Under the pieces are notes generated by a model. That model searched no databases, was not told the DNA's origin, and saw nothing but the letters and a program-made list of their open reading frames with translations. The translations under genes and the position numbers were made by a program. A stretch of DNA of 63,818 nucleotides, filler included, from Barthelona sp. PAP020 (Eukaryota), in the NCBI GenBank assembly GCA_040182905.1. It is 3 parts of 3 records of this genome, joined end to end, with 100 filler letters (N's around TTAATTAATTAA, not from the genome) between each part and the next. Parts side by side here need not be neighbours in the genome. Positions count along the whole stretch, not along the records: positions 1 to 21,358 come from JARQWU010000183.1; 2 more parts are not named here. The stretch is one strand, 5' to 3'. Shown here in pieces: positions 11,001-18,703 of the stretch. The first letter of the stretch is position 1. Every line of letters starts with the position of its first letter.

Positions 11001-12317
11001 CCAAATAACATTAATTGTTTGGGTATTAACAGTACTAGGCAAGTTAAATGTAAATAAAGGGGTAAAACCAGTAAAAGGATCAAAAGATATAACGTTATTA
11101 TTGACAACAACATAAAAAAAACGGCTATCAGAACCAATTGCTTTGATACAATGTTCTTGACATAAAAATCTTAAAAATTTGTGAACTTTCAAATTTTCAT
11201 ACTTTAAACCGTCAAAATTATATGCTTCAATACATTGTTCATCTTCAAATTCCGTTAAAACAAAGATATTCTGACAGCACACAGTGAACATTTCAATTTC
11301 TTTCTCAATATCAAAATATCCTTTATAATAAGGTAATAGTTGATCACCTATTGCTTGATAGACATAAAATCGGTTTCTTTTTACTTCATCTTGATTAAAA
11401 AAGAAAGAGTTTGAAAAAATGCCATTTTCAGCCATTAAATTAGTCTCATCACCAATATCTATCGAACTGATCATTAATTGCATGTGACTCATCACTTCAA
11501 GTTGATCATCAGAATCATCAAATGTTTGAACAATCTTGGATATTAATGCATACAAATCAACGTTGATCCCATCAACTGAAAAACATTTTTGTAAGAAACA
11601 AAAGAATGGTTCAATGGAATCAATCTTTGATAGAAAGACAATCAATTTTGCTACTAACTCTTCATTGATGTCTCTCTGAATCAACATTTCAAATATATCA
11701 AGCACAGAAGCCCACAAAGATCTTGGAAATTTATCAGGAATATTTGACAACCCATTTTCAAAAAATCTAAACAGGTTGACTATCTGTATCTCATCATTTT
11801 TATCGTATAAATCCAATTGCCTTTTCATAAATTCTAAAAAGGAAAAACCAAAGAAATTTTTGGCAGTTTTTTCATCATTTTCTTCCAATAAATATTGAGG
11901 TTTTATTAAATTTACATCATTACACTCATCAAACGCAGAAATCTTTTGTTCTATTTCAGGTAAAGAAAACATACATAATTTGTCTAATTTTTCACTGAGT
12001 CTACTTTGCACATATAATATTCTTCCAAAATTATCATGAGCTAAATGTCCATTAGATATTAATCTACTATATTGATTCAATACCATTTGTGAATTTTCAT
12101 GAATTAATGAATATAATAATTCATTTGCATTGGGTAAATCATTTAAATCTTTCAATTGAGTGGGAAGTTTTTGTAATTCTTGAAAATGATTCAATAATTT
12201 GTTAATCATAGATGGTGAATAAAATACCTCCGAATAAATCATTGAATCCATCTCCAAAGACTTCCAAAAATCTTCTTCAGGATTAACGGAATGTTCGAGG
12301 TCAGGAGTTTCACTCAT
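2052..12317 (-). CDS. Giant HECT-domain E3 ubiquitin ligase (~3420 aa)
   Basis: C-terminal HECT domain (EEGVDAGGPY, FIRFTYARSRLP, LPTASTCFFSLNLPAYSSKEELRRKV with the catalytic Cys). Intronless ORF; ATG at 12317, alternative ATG at 12338. Confidence 0.92.
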   Translation of the reverse strand: MSETPDLEHSVNPEEDFWKSLEMDSMIYSEVFYSPSMINKLLNHFQELQKLPTQLKDLNDLPNANELLYSLIHENSQMVLNQYSRLISNGHLAHDNFGRILYVQSRLSEKLDKLCMFSLPEIEQKISAFDECNDVNLIKPQYLLEENDEKTAKNFFGFSFLEFMKRQLDLYDKNDEIQIVNLFRFFENGLSNIPDKFPRSLWASVLDIFEMLIQRDINEELVAKLIVFLSKIDSIEPFFCFLQKCFSVDGINVDLYALISKIVQTFDDSDDQLEVMSHMQLMISSIDIGDETNLMAENGIFSNSFFFNQDEVKRNRFYVYQAIGDQLLPYYKGYFDIEKEIEMFTVCCQNIFVLTEFEDEQCIEAYNFDGLKYENLKVHKFLRFLCQEHCIKAIGSDSRFFYVVVNNNVISFDPFTGFTPLFTFNLPSTVNTQTINVIWTEKFEIVLVVNKSMRLQYSLNSPTNNFEMNDTILKAFSPLIVTSINKLNGNLVSIIGSTHFIMLDIENLTIRIPCVRNDTLVGIPLLIQVESSTNILCLSSLDYYVSSLINEEEFKSTEMKLDIQLLYSMNLSLYEQPYSLLLEPCVYIDNKFRLLSVTYCDDYLALYSLIFTKDFNDIQYLKRFLLINEYFCKSIYFFAAAKRSFHSNSFDIIAKIIKIYLELINFNFDDNIEEEEKKKKILLRNSIFNQLILVLGNCFPVFLINTKLTELTCDLVKKCFDSKYRPFSDSLSSLMLQFPNHFSQMITDLPDNYLPSLFDRMDDPIIESIIFRQLFEQFSNLRNHDNEQIDLIMLKRCLLFIFKIFDFYSNKFAEDAFARENQSKNNLKRIYQVFHQHFLRILLFLKHLNFEIVLKNFPEILNPFAGTLFLLKKVLIYQQQNYYNEGAFDLNCLPENNNNIFETNKIIETLSEKFQLPNSFKNRRSKENTYKQDVTYEKEYSNVDVDYFELKFNDCEIQNRDYISIYVDGYELKRFENGEFPEILTFAQSHFLIKFVSNPSNSKFKRGQINIEIKGFGTKNNDDKVFPSKMNHQIRLITDLICEIASVQIDNVPLQEVHLSPVFRVENSKNSPMIKHNSFKNLPFMFQLLEEFFELYLNDQKIQLKDGLNIVKEKHSSNLNFSLFVNICKYLDTEFQPKIQLKKTEQFAFFLMKLSGFLLFIYHLPSDSNSPLHLFNNIEEFFDIKNPTLKNSIFNLILCCIDSLVDNFVPNLAHLKQNDTLKRKPKEILIDLIAELQKKVQYIYQCDCFGDSVGFSESMDITTTLFDQVLEVQKFSKFFEFQQIEIQLGNVLILFDQIFSMINDFTLNFDVIEKYFAEISNCFDGRISGLLIYNQLLLENETNKVEGDLIQVLTMLSRTFSRLNLKGKAMFPNTPQLFPTLLDRWILPSNLIENCLNYDLSYGLSLNQHSKHQLEEILFELIKNVSNVLRNISLLDKGHTAIVVNSLPILLPSIFGETTKFLFSDEINVVSIINSLITLYSVDKEMPTMDPSRLIQLEQTNHPKYIKQAQEELKKYYEELELWKKKYKDYNGILDLLHSHLKATLATTCILQPDMTSICIDLVMNDLLTVCANILQLNQQCTSLNIFRNYLSESFEINKIKSDVESLEMTSMIKNRSVCAITFSKSTLHFLQTFSSIVSVTKPVITKEMIWVHLLLLSASSPSIQRTAFRNLNIILLKYSCEIAEFENIIDLLLDYGCTMYNSPLDIDFARIPANDDEKVLFSFLPLFKMNKNRNNYEYSVVLAQSYFKSLTKCAVRLLKALFYHVHVSNSELKNQNVDQILTKKFQQILDISLIEEVQNVISDHFYLEFWNIYKTKFNNEQQTFDELNIHDFLKKIIGLDRYSNENDISELTLRINDANLCRFIVVFQILTESSFEPSVGDTIIYQVKENDLDYLYNHHYEEGIVLAYDCCMKASIIKKASIKSNNWSSDEIIDVEKFMIVSTMESPKFELGIVELERFRIFDILTNICQNVNGFDSFFSPPASKISQIDYVKNYYYGENKVLKLPLMNYQKHLLLQLLTLRHIGLNFLNNFLVNIGKFDNEVANTLFSNENKKYKSLWNVIFQLSRHIGIHALFKGISHAEAHQQTNAVNRFRLATSSWENFLLRSGDRALLAEPYSDSGNPEFVSRIRSKEVFIDDQLMLNRPEKPTKGNIKINRSVAIDKNLIYSKSLMNLHQFTSNAYCYHGLYGILRQKIENSMYRIELANPETSEMMLETFKDAEFLDLDEDMRGRVIMTIKDTNKQYSCLQIHQYTEWGFFKFEDDLFRVHDRPKHELSTYFNYHELTDDFMLYLGSVSITLAKSIWTQFLAQFPNIIKQETISRKHLVSKYLNIFSDRYRFIGMLLHLFTDRMACVLKPSYFFPKSMGRYWQSRYNGNLSLYTSKTSLDAFKDLVYNYILPSNDFRLLKGLSSTLQNIFKHQNPAFPSGIALHSKHPYEANRQMSSNFSPASFNNVKGNISSYVIRFDPRCKTLSEKDCFCVELFDEQNNLIPFAYCWGDHFPQLYIPSPNFRVSFIPGDPNRDAAKPWGFEAIIFPIAADVSHTYDFEFGLFILECFCDSYLKRVSNVKPREILNKPMDLFFNTILTKIFNQLMIINARNSICLPVIDSLKQKIFQIITNLKLRNLFPEEIPPDLRFEMTNNQSIIKVKQTLESNLKDKLIYFVKDFFAQKDNIFIPKIKSNLFESILSQYSMLNILGSKISGSFQTIFFEMMSSLHLSLKKLSIDKKLDHQTILQIYEQSYHPIMRDYLVIETSHNYENNLLYEGTISFSNCNGILLIFDEQCSTHVTPNNSSSSHVFELRSGSTNLFSYAGNKFPNVLVVNHSAVDFRFRSDSFKNGWGLRIYAIPLINDPTPDLQIVENKFNQLYQDANFQQICDDYQYFLQNESISRDFLLGLYRFGEDNSCCLHNIVFKEDYHPRRFRPCNRESVSSYRVDVSTVAHSLRPKRIVLGDNDMHRYFPMFSTYSTETLQNWLEVALHIDYVSTVLSVFISTSEFEKLAAAASKYENSAKENNIASLLFDLRDVLSSNVKQALLSNQIKHYIVTEGIPNNKRARMQLNRTQGNYGHHFFGIARRIKVDHWRYVNRPFVVKFFEEEGVDAGGPYSDVISNLCKEWSNDDLSQPLIRTPNARLGVDKEGKIMINPAYKNTNDFEAIGMLLASIRFTNHLLDFVFCSLFWKLLTGTKVTYHEIKDIDLSLYQILHYIDTNVGPNDKELTQEMFEEIVLGKYMTYSRIDGSTCEIVEDGSNKKLTFKNRIEFFEKVTATYFSQFSEAINAIQRGFTTVLPAGSIFLMTPQELEILYSGEADYDVDKLESLLYVANHHLASDPMRIPAIKWLFEVLRECTPQQRSNFIRFTYARSRLPSKGQVSFRIVMKDYSNDLPTASTCFFSLNLPAYSSKEELRRKVLFAVDNCVRLELQ

Positions 12318-12383
12318 AAAAACAATTATTGATGTCATGGACACAATTTTTTTTTTAATCAGACATTTTTATCTCTTTAAAAA

Positions 12384-12902
12384 ATGTCATTAAATCCTTC
12401 GATTATGGGTGTAGTTGTATCAACCCGCACAGAAATTCTTTTTGTTAAATTATTTGATGATTTTAAGAAAAAGCACGATGATTTGGAAGCAGCTATGAAA
12501 GAATTAATTGACACACCAAGAAATCGTACTGGTTTAATTCAATTTAGAGAATTTCCTTGTTCTTTTGTACATGATAACAATTTATATTATTTCATCATTG
12601 GTAATACTAATGAAAATGAAATACTTTTACGAAATATAAATCAAACACTTGTGTCAGCTTTCAAAGAATTGTGTGAAGTTGAAACCATGGATTCTGAAGA
12701 ATTTGGTCCATATTCATGGAGTTTTTTAAAAATTGTTGAAGAAATGTTTGATAATGGTTTATTGTTAACATTAGATTCATCAGTTATTGCATACAGGGCA
12801 TCTTTACAAGAAGATGTTAACGAGACTCCATTAGCTGATATTTCATTGGGTAAAGCAATGAAAATTGGAGCAAAAAGATTGGTTGGGTGGTTTTCCAGGT
12901 GA
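12384..12902 (+). CDS. COPZ: Coatomer zeta subunit (longin/adaptor small-chain fold)
   Basis: NENEILL...IVEEMFDNGLLLTLD and the C-terminal ETPLADISLGKAM resemble zeta-COP; 172 aa. Confidence 0.72.
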   Translation: MSLNPSIMGVVVSTRTEILFVKLFDDFKKKHDDLEAAMKELIDTPRNRTGLIQFREFPCSFVHDNNLYYFIIGNTNENEILLRNINQTLVSAFKELCEVETMDSEEFGPYSWSFLKIVEEMFDNGLLLTLDSSVIAYRASLQEDVNETPLADISLGKAMKIGAKRLVGWFSR

Positions 12903-12970
12903 GTAAAGAAATCCTTTTTTTTCAAATTTTTTTTTTTCAATTTTGATGAATAATAGAAAATAGTTTAAAT

Positions 12971-13483
12971 ATGCAGCCACTATTACCATCATTACCTCAA
13001 AAAATCAATGATTTGGGTCCTGGTTATTACGAATATGAGAGATCTGATAATTACAAGAAGAAACATTCTCCTCATATTCCATTTGCTTCATCTCCCCGTG
13101 TTCTTCATGACATCAATAGCAATCCAAGTGTTGGTCAATATAAAGTTAAAGATATTTCAACACCGTCATCCAACAAAAGAGATTTGCAATATACTTCCAA
13201 ACGGTTTGATGATGTTAAAGCAAATCCAGATTATGCTGTTCAAAGACCAAAATGGACAGTTAATAATAAGGCACCAATTACCAATACTAAAAGATTTATT
13301 GAAACTCCTCAAATGAAAAATCCAGGAGTTGGAGAATACAATTGGGAAAGAACAATGAAGTCCTCTCCCAAAACTGCTACAATTCCAAAAAGTTCACGTT
13401 TTTTGGATCCTGTTGTTGATAAGACTATTAATGCGAATCGTAACAGATTAAAAAATAAGACTTCGAAATATTCTAGGTATTAA
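12971..13483 (+). CDS. PGP/SHIPPO-repeat protein (ODF3/STPG-like flagellar protein)
   Basis: Three repeats LGPGYY, NPSVGQY and NPGVGEY, each followed by a S/T-x-R-F/V motif. Confidence 0.7.
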   Translation: MQPLLPSLPQKINDLGPGYYEYERSDNYKKKHSPHIPFASSPRVLHDINSNPSVGQYKVKDISTPSSNKRDLQYTSKRFDDVKANPDYAVQRPKWTVNNKAPITNTKRFIETPQMKNPGVGEYNWERTMKSSPKTATIPKSSRFLDPVVDKTINANRNRLKNKTSKYSRY

Positions 13484-13677
13484 TTTTATCATGTTTGTAT
13501 TTCATAAATTAGACCTTTCACAAAACGTTTTTCTTTTTTAATCAATGAAAAAGAGGTCTATTGACAACAGTTGGTTTGTCATTTTTGAATATTCTTTGTT
13601 ACTCTTTTAACTTGAAACTCTTTAAGTTTCTCTCAACTGAAAAATAAGAAGAAAAAAAAAAAAGTTCAAAAAGTTCT

Positions 13678-16600
13678 TTACAAAATTATTTTTTCCAATT
13701 CAATATCTTTTTCATCCTCAATAATCTTCTTTGGACGACCATTTGATCTGGGTGTCATAATTGGTCTGGCTATTCTGGGACTTTTTACAGCAATATTGTG
13801 CAAATGTTTTTTTCGTCTTTGTTGTTCGCGTTGCTCTTCCAATCTTTCCGAAATTCGATCCTCAACCATCATCAGTTGAAGCTCTTTTTGTCTTGCAACA
13901 TTCTGTTTGATAAAATCCTGATGATTTCTCCGAATTTCCTGTGATTTTTGTACAGATGTCTTTAGAATTGTTGATTTCTTTAATCGAACAAAAGAATCTT
14001 CAAAAATACTTTCAACTTTCTGTTTGTTCGATCTTGAAGTGTTTAACACATTTTCTTTTTCTCTTTGCATATTTATTCTTCTAGATAAATTTCGACGTCT
14101 TGATAATTCTTCAGCTTTTCTAATTTCAAGTTCTGAAGTCCAACTTTCATCTTCAGCACTTTGCATCAACTTCATTTCTTCCAAAGCTCTTTGCATATGT
14201 TGTGCTTTTTGTTTTCTTTTTTTTCTTAAATCATCAATGCGTTGCTTATCTTTCGCTGTTTCTTGCTTTTTGATAAATTCCAACTTCTTTTGTTGTTGTT
14301 CAAGTACTTCACTCCTTCTTTCTCTGTCTTGTTCGATATATTTATCCTGACGTTTCAAAAAATCTGTCAACCACTCCTTATTAATTGGTTTTGAATCTCT
14401 TTTTGCCTTGGTTTTCTCAATGGTATCTTCTTTTGGAGATTCAAATTTCATATTTTGAACTTCTTCATGTTGTTTTTGTCTTTTTTGTTCTTTAATTTCT
14501 CTTGTTTTCTCATATTCAACATCTTGTCTTTTTTTCATCTCTTCAATATCTTCCTCATGTTTTTGATATGCTTTGTATCTCTTTCTTTGTCTTGATACAA
14601 TAGATCTGCTAAATTCTTTCCACTCACTGTTCAAAGCTTTTTCCATTCTTAATTTTCCCTTATCTGCTGAAGATGCACTAGTTTTTCTTCTTGAATCTAA
14701 TCGAGGTTGAGTTCGATTCCAATCCTCATGATGAAGCAAAGCCAATTCTCGTTCTTGACAACCAATTTCAAATTGTTTGAGAACACTTTTCATCGTTATT
14801 TCTTCTTCTGTTAATTCTTCTTCTAATTTATCTAAAACGTGCAAGTTATCAAAATCAGATAATTTCCCAAAACTTTGTTTACCATCCCATTGAAACTCAA
14901 CAGCACAATCATCAGGATCAAACGTCAAAGGTTCAGGTTTGGACAATATATCTCTGTATTTATCTCTTGATTGTTTGGTAGTGTTGAATTTTAAAGCAAC
15001 TTTTTTGCGATGTTTTTCTAAATTTTGCTTTATCTTCTCCTCTTTAATAATTTTCTGAAGATTTTTGGTTTCTGTCAACTCCAAATCATCCATTCTGGTT
15101 TTTTCAATATTTTTAATTGTATCTTTTGCCTTATTCAAAAAGAACTCAGCTCTTTTTTGTTTATCAATAGCATCTTCATGATACATTTCAGTTATCACAC
15201 TTGCTTTGATATGATTCTTAATTTCAACCAAAGCACCTTTTAAGTAAATATCTGAAGAAAATTTCAATGGCAAACTTAACGGTTTAGTCTCACGTTTGCT
15301 TCGAAATTCTAACATATCGAAAAAAGGGACAATAACACCTTGTTCTACAATCCCATCCATTGGTTCCAACAATTCAAAAATAGAATATGGTGTAATAACA
15401 TTATAATTGACCTGAAGATTCATTAAAATAACAAATGGAACATAATTGATAGAACCTTTCATATAATTTGAAATGTAATCAAAATGATCATTCTTAGGTT
15501 GACCAGATTTTGATCTCAATTTTGTTAAAATAATTGAAATTGAATCTGAAATGTGAGAATCTGATTCAGACTCCATGGAATTGGATTCTTCTGTCAAAAA
15601 TGTACTTCCAGATATCTTTGGTGTTTGAACTTTAGCAAAAGAACTAGATTTTGAATAAAATAAGATTCTTATAAACAAATCTATCACCATTGAATTGTTA
15701 ATAAAGTTAATTTGCATCAAACACTGTAAAAATTCATCCAATCTATCTTGTACAAGGATTAAATGAATATAATTCAAACAAATAAGTGCAATGAGATGAT
15801 TAATGTATGGATTGAGTTCAAATTTGACAAAAAAATCAAAAATTTCTAAAACAATTTCTTCATTTGATAAAAATTGTTCATTTTTCAATAAAATATACAA
15901 ATAATACATCTCAGCCTTCCCTAATATTTTGGATTTATACATTATATACCTTAAACTTTGGATAATCCAACTACACAATTGTCCGTTACTGGTTTCTACA
16001 AAAGCATTGTATATCATTAATTTTGCATTCAGAATTGAATTTTCCTTTTGTACATTGAACAGTGAATCCAATAAAAACAATATTTCCAAAAGTGTAGCAA
16101 AAAAACTAGCGCCATAAATACTTTGAGAATATTCAAATTTGATCAACAAATCAATTAGTACACGAACAGAATAATTAATAGAAGGAATATTCTTCACATC
16201 ACAAAAGACAATTAAAGATCCTCGAATCATTTCCAACAAACGCATGATATACATGGAATCAAACTCTTCAAGGTCATTTCGCACAGCTTCTAAAACCTTA
16301 AGAGAACATTGAGTTATATTAATTCTACATTCAATAGACATATTTGAATTGTATATTTCTCCAAACGTCGATACAACAGAAGGAACAATGGTTTTTAAAA
16401 TTAAGGTATGAAATTGATTATTTTCCAATAGATAAGGCAAAAGTTCTGTCAAAACGGAAACAAACATAATCTCACTAGCCAAATGACTTCCTATCAAATT
16501 AATAATAGATTCTAAACATTCTTGTGATTGACATAACCAAGTTGCCAATGTAATCAAGCACAACTTACGAACTTTTTGCTCAGTAGAATCAAAATATAAA

Positions 16601-17442
16601 GCCAGAATCAAATACGGAAACTTTGACTTTTCAATTACAGCCTTGCAATGTATAATCATAAAGTTTATGCTTTCTAAACACACAAATTGAATATCTTTGC
16701 TAACCCCACATAAACCACTTGAAAAAAAATCATAAAGAAATCCATTACAACTTTGATCTTGTAACGATACGTAATAATCTGTTAAATTTTGTTGTAATAA
16801 CTTCAAAAATGCTAAAGATTCATCACCATTCTGTAACCAGTGCTTTAATTGAAGAGGATGATCACAAAAGAATTCTAAAGCACTGGGTGAATCACAGTCA
16901 TATGCTTTCATGTAGCTAAAGATAAGCATATCAAACAAGGTTTTAATATCTTCAAATCTCAAAGTTTCAAACTTTTGGGGTGTGAAAGAAAAAATGGATT
17001 GATTCTTCTCTCTAATCTTCTCAACAGGAAATCTAACTGTTTCCTGTCTAATCATAGATTTATGAAATTTTACATAAATTTCGTTCATTAAATCAACAAT
17101 AATATCTAAATCCCCATTTGCAATTAATTTTAATAAATCATCACTAATTTCAATGCGAAACATTCCCAATAATATGTCTTTGATTCGATTCCAATTGAAA
17201 ATAACAGCACTTGTAGTATTCAAAGGTTTGATTTTTGGTAAAGCGGTGCTTTGAAAGTGATATTCATTGTTGATTGCATATAAATGATCCCATAATAATG
17301 TGCCTATCAAAAAAGGTTGATACAATTCATCTCTTACACTATAAAATTGGATTGAACTTTCTACAATATCATCATCGGTAATGACATTTGTGGTCTTAAA
17401 CCAATCGACTATTCGTAGTGGCAAATTAAATGGCATGACCAA
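13678..17442 (-). CDS. Large hypothetical protein: possible N-terminal calponin-homology-like region, helical middle, C-terminal coiled coil
   Basis: 1254-aa ORF. FNWNRI...LIANGDLDIIVDLMNEIY resembles the CH_2 domains of ciliary proteins; the last ~450 aa are K/E/R/Q-rich. Confidence 0.55.
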   Translation of the reverse strand: MVMPFNLPLRIVDWFKTTNVITDDDIVESSIQFYSVRDELYQPFLIGTLLWDHLYAINNEYHFQSTALPKIKPLNTTSAVIFNWNRIKDILLGMFRIEISDDLLKLIANGDLDIIVDLMNEIYVKFHKSMIRQETVRFPVEKIREKNQSIFSFTPQKFETLRFEDIKTLFDMLIFSYMKAYDCDSPSALEFFCDHPLQLKHWLQNGDESLAFLKLLQQNLTDYYVSLQDQSCNGFLYDFFSSGLCGVSKDIQFVCLESINFMIIHCKAVIEKSKFPYLILALYFDSTEQKVRKLCLITLATWLCQSQECLESIINLIGSHLASEIMFVSVLTELLPYLLENNQFHTLILKTIVPSVVSTFGEIYNSNMSIECRINITQCSLKVLEAVRNDLEEFDSMYIMRLLEMIRGSLIVFCDVKNIPSINYSVRVLIDLLIKFEYSQSIYGASFFATLLEILFLLDSLFNVQKENSILNAKLMIYNAFVETSNGQLCSWIIQSLRYIMYKSKILGKAEMYYLYILLKNEQFLSNEEIVLEIFDFFVKFELNPYINHLIALICLNYIHLILVQDRLDEFLQCLMQINFINNSMVIDLFIRILFYSKSSSFAKVQTPKISGSTFLTEESNSMESESDSHISDSISIILTKLRSKSGQPKNDHFDYISNYMKGSINYVPFVILMNLQVNYNVITPYSIFELLEPMDGIVEQGVIVPFFDMLEFRSKRETKPLSLPLKFSSDIYLKGALVEIKNHIKASVITEMYHEDAIDKQKRAEFFLNKAKDTIKNIEKTRMDDLELTETKNLQKIIKEEKIKQNLEKHRKKVALKFNTTKQSRDKYRDILSKPEPLTFDPDDCAVEFQWDGKQSFGKLSDFDNLHVLDKLEEELTEEEITMKSVLKQFEIGCQERELALLHHEDWNRTQPRLDSRRKTSASSADKGKLRMEKALNSEWKEFSRSIVSRQRKRYKAYQKHEEDIEEMKKRQDVEYEKTREIKEQKRQKQHEEVQNMKFESPKEDTIEKTKAKRDSKPINKEWLTDFLKRQDKYIEQDRERRSEVLEQQQKKLEFIKKQETAKDKQRIDDLRKKRKQKAQHMQRALEEMKLMQSAEDESWTSELEIRKAEELSRRRNLSRRINMQREKENVLNTSRSNKQKVESIFEDSFVRLKKSTILKTSVQKSQEIRRNHQDFIKQNVARQKELQLMMVEDRISERLEEQREQQRRKKHLHNIAVKSPRIARPIMTPRSNGRPKKIIEDEKDIELEKIIL

Positions 17443-17593
17443 TTACTAATAAATAAAATAGTTATTTGAAAAAATGTTTATGTTTTATTCAAAAACTATG
17501 TTGCTTTTGAGCTATCACGCGTAAAACTTTCCTAATGAAAACATAAAAAACGTGAAAAGATTTATTAGAAGGAACGCAAATTGCCGTTGAAAA

Positions 17594-18529
17594 CTAAAAT
17601 AGGAATTCACAGTTCTCTTTCAGTGTTTTTAAACTCAATCTTGATTTCAAAAACACTTCAAGTGAAGCAACAATATCTCCATTGTCAACAAATTCTTTAA
17701 CACCAAAGTTGGTTGTTGATTCATCCATAATATGATTAATTCTCATATCATCAAAATTCTCACCACCTTTTGCCTTCAAATATGTATTTGCAAAACAAGT
17801 TGCTCTTGAAAAACGCATCACTTCATCAATGGTAATATTGGACTCAACATTTTCAATTATCCCACTAAATTCATAAAAACTCAAACTATTAATACTTAAA
17901 CCATTAGAGCATCGAATTTGTAATCGTAAATCCAATCCCAAACCAATACCTGGATAAATATTTTGATCAATAACCAGTTTTTCTTTTTCAAATAACTCTG
18001 TATTTACAGCAAAAGTCAGCACTTTTTTGTCTGCAGTGACAAAATCAGCACCTTCTGTCATCAAATTTTTCACTTTTTTAAGAGTACCGGGAACAAATCT
18101 TGTATTGACGGAAGCAACTATATACCAAGAAGGCAATTCTAAATACAAAGAGAGATGTTGAGTCAAACTGGTGGCAGAATTGTCAAGGATTTTTACTTCA
18201 AAGATTTCCTTGGCCTTTTCAATGATACAATTTATGCTTTTGTCATGAATATTCCCAATAACATCAATTGAATTAATTGGATGATCAATTGACTTCAATA
18301 ATGTGTACAACCCAAAGGGATTTATTTCAGTATCAATAATCATTTTTGGTATCGGATCTAAATCATCTGAAAATTTGTAATCATTGGGATTAAAACTGTA
18401 TTTTTTGGAGCAAAGGTCTAATCTATCAAGTGGTAATTCATTTGTGGGTGGGGCAATCATTCTTAATCTAATCATACCGAAAACGACCATAATTACAGTA
18501 AAAGTGAACAATGGATAAATAATTTTCAT
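17594..18529 (-). CDS. Type II membrane protein, degenerate glycosyltransferase (GT-A/GT2-like)
   Basis: N-terminal TM anchor (MKIIYPLFTFTVIMVVFGMI), IPKMII...LLKSIDHPI, DQNIYPG, YLKAKGG. The ORF-track start overlaps the kinase gene, so ATG 18529 is preferred. Confidence 0.5.
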   Translation of the reverse strand: MKIIYPLFTFTVIMVVFGMIRLRMIAPPTNELPLDRLDLCSKKYSFNPNDYKFSDDLDPIPKMIIDTEINPFGLYTLLKSIDHPINSIDVIGNIHDKSINCIIEKAKEIFEVKILDNSATSLTQHLSLYLELPSWYIVASVNTRFVPGTLKKVKNLMTEGADFVTADKKVLTFAVNTELFEKEKLVIDQNIYPGIGLGLDLRLQIRCSNGLSINSLSFYEFSGIIENVESNITIDEVMRFSRATCFANTYLKAKGGENFDDMRINHIMDESTTNFGVKEFVDNGDIVASLEVFLKSRLSLKTLKENCEFLF

Positions 18530-18703
18530 GTTGTACTTGCCCAAAATAAATAAAATAACCAAACTAAAAAGAGAAAGATTTTTTATTGTTACATTTAATT
18601 CTTTACTTATCATATTAATCTTGTAAATATAGAACACGAAAATAAAATTCAATATAAAAAAAAAATCATGTAAGGTTTTTTTTCTTGTTATGACACCAAC
18701 ATA

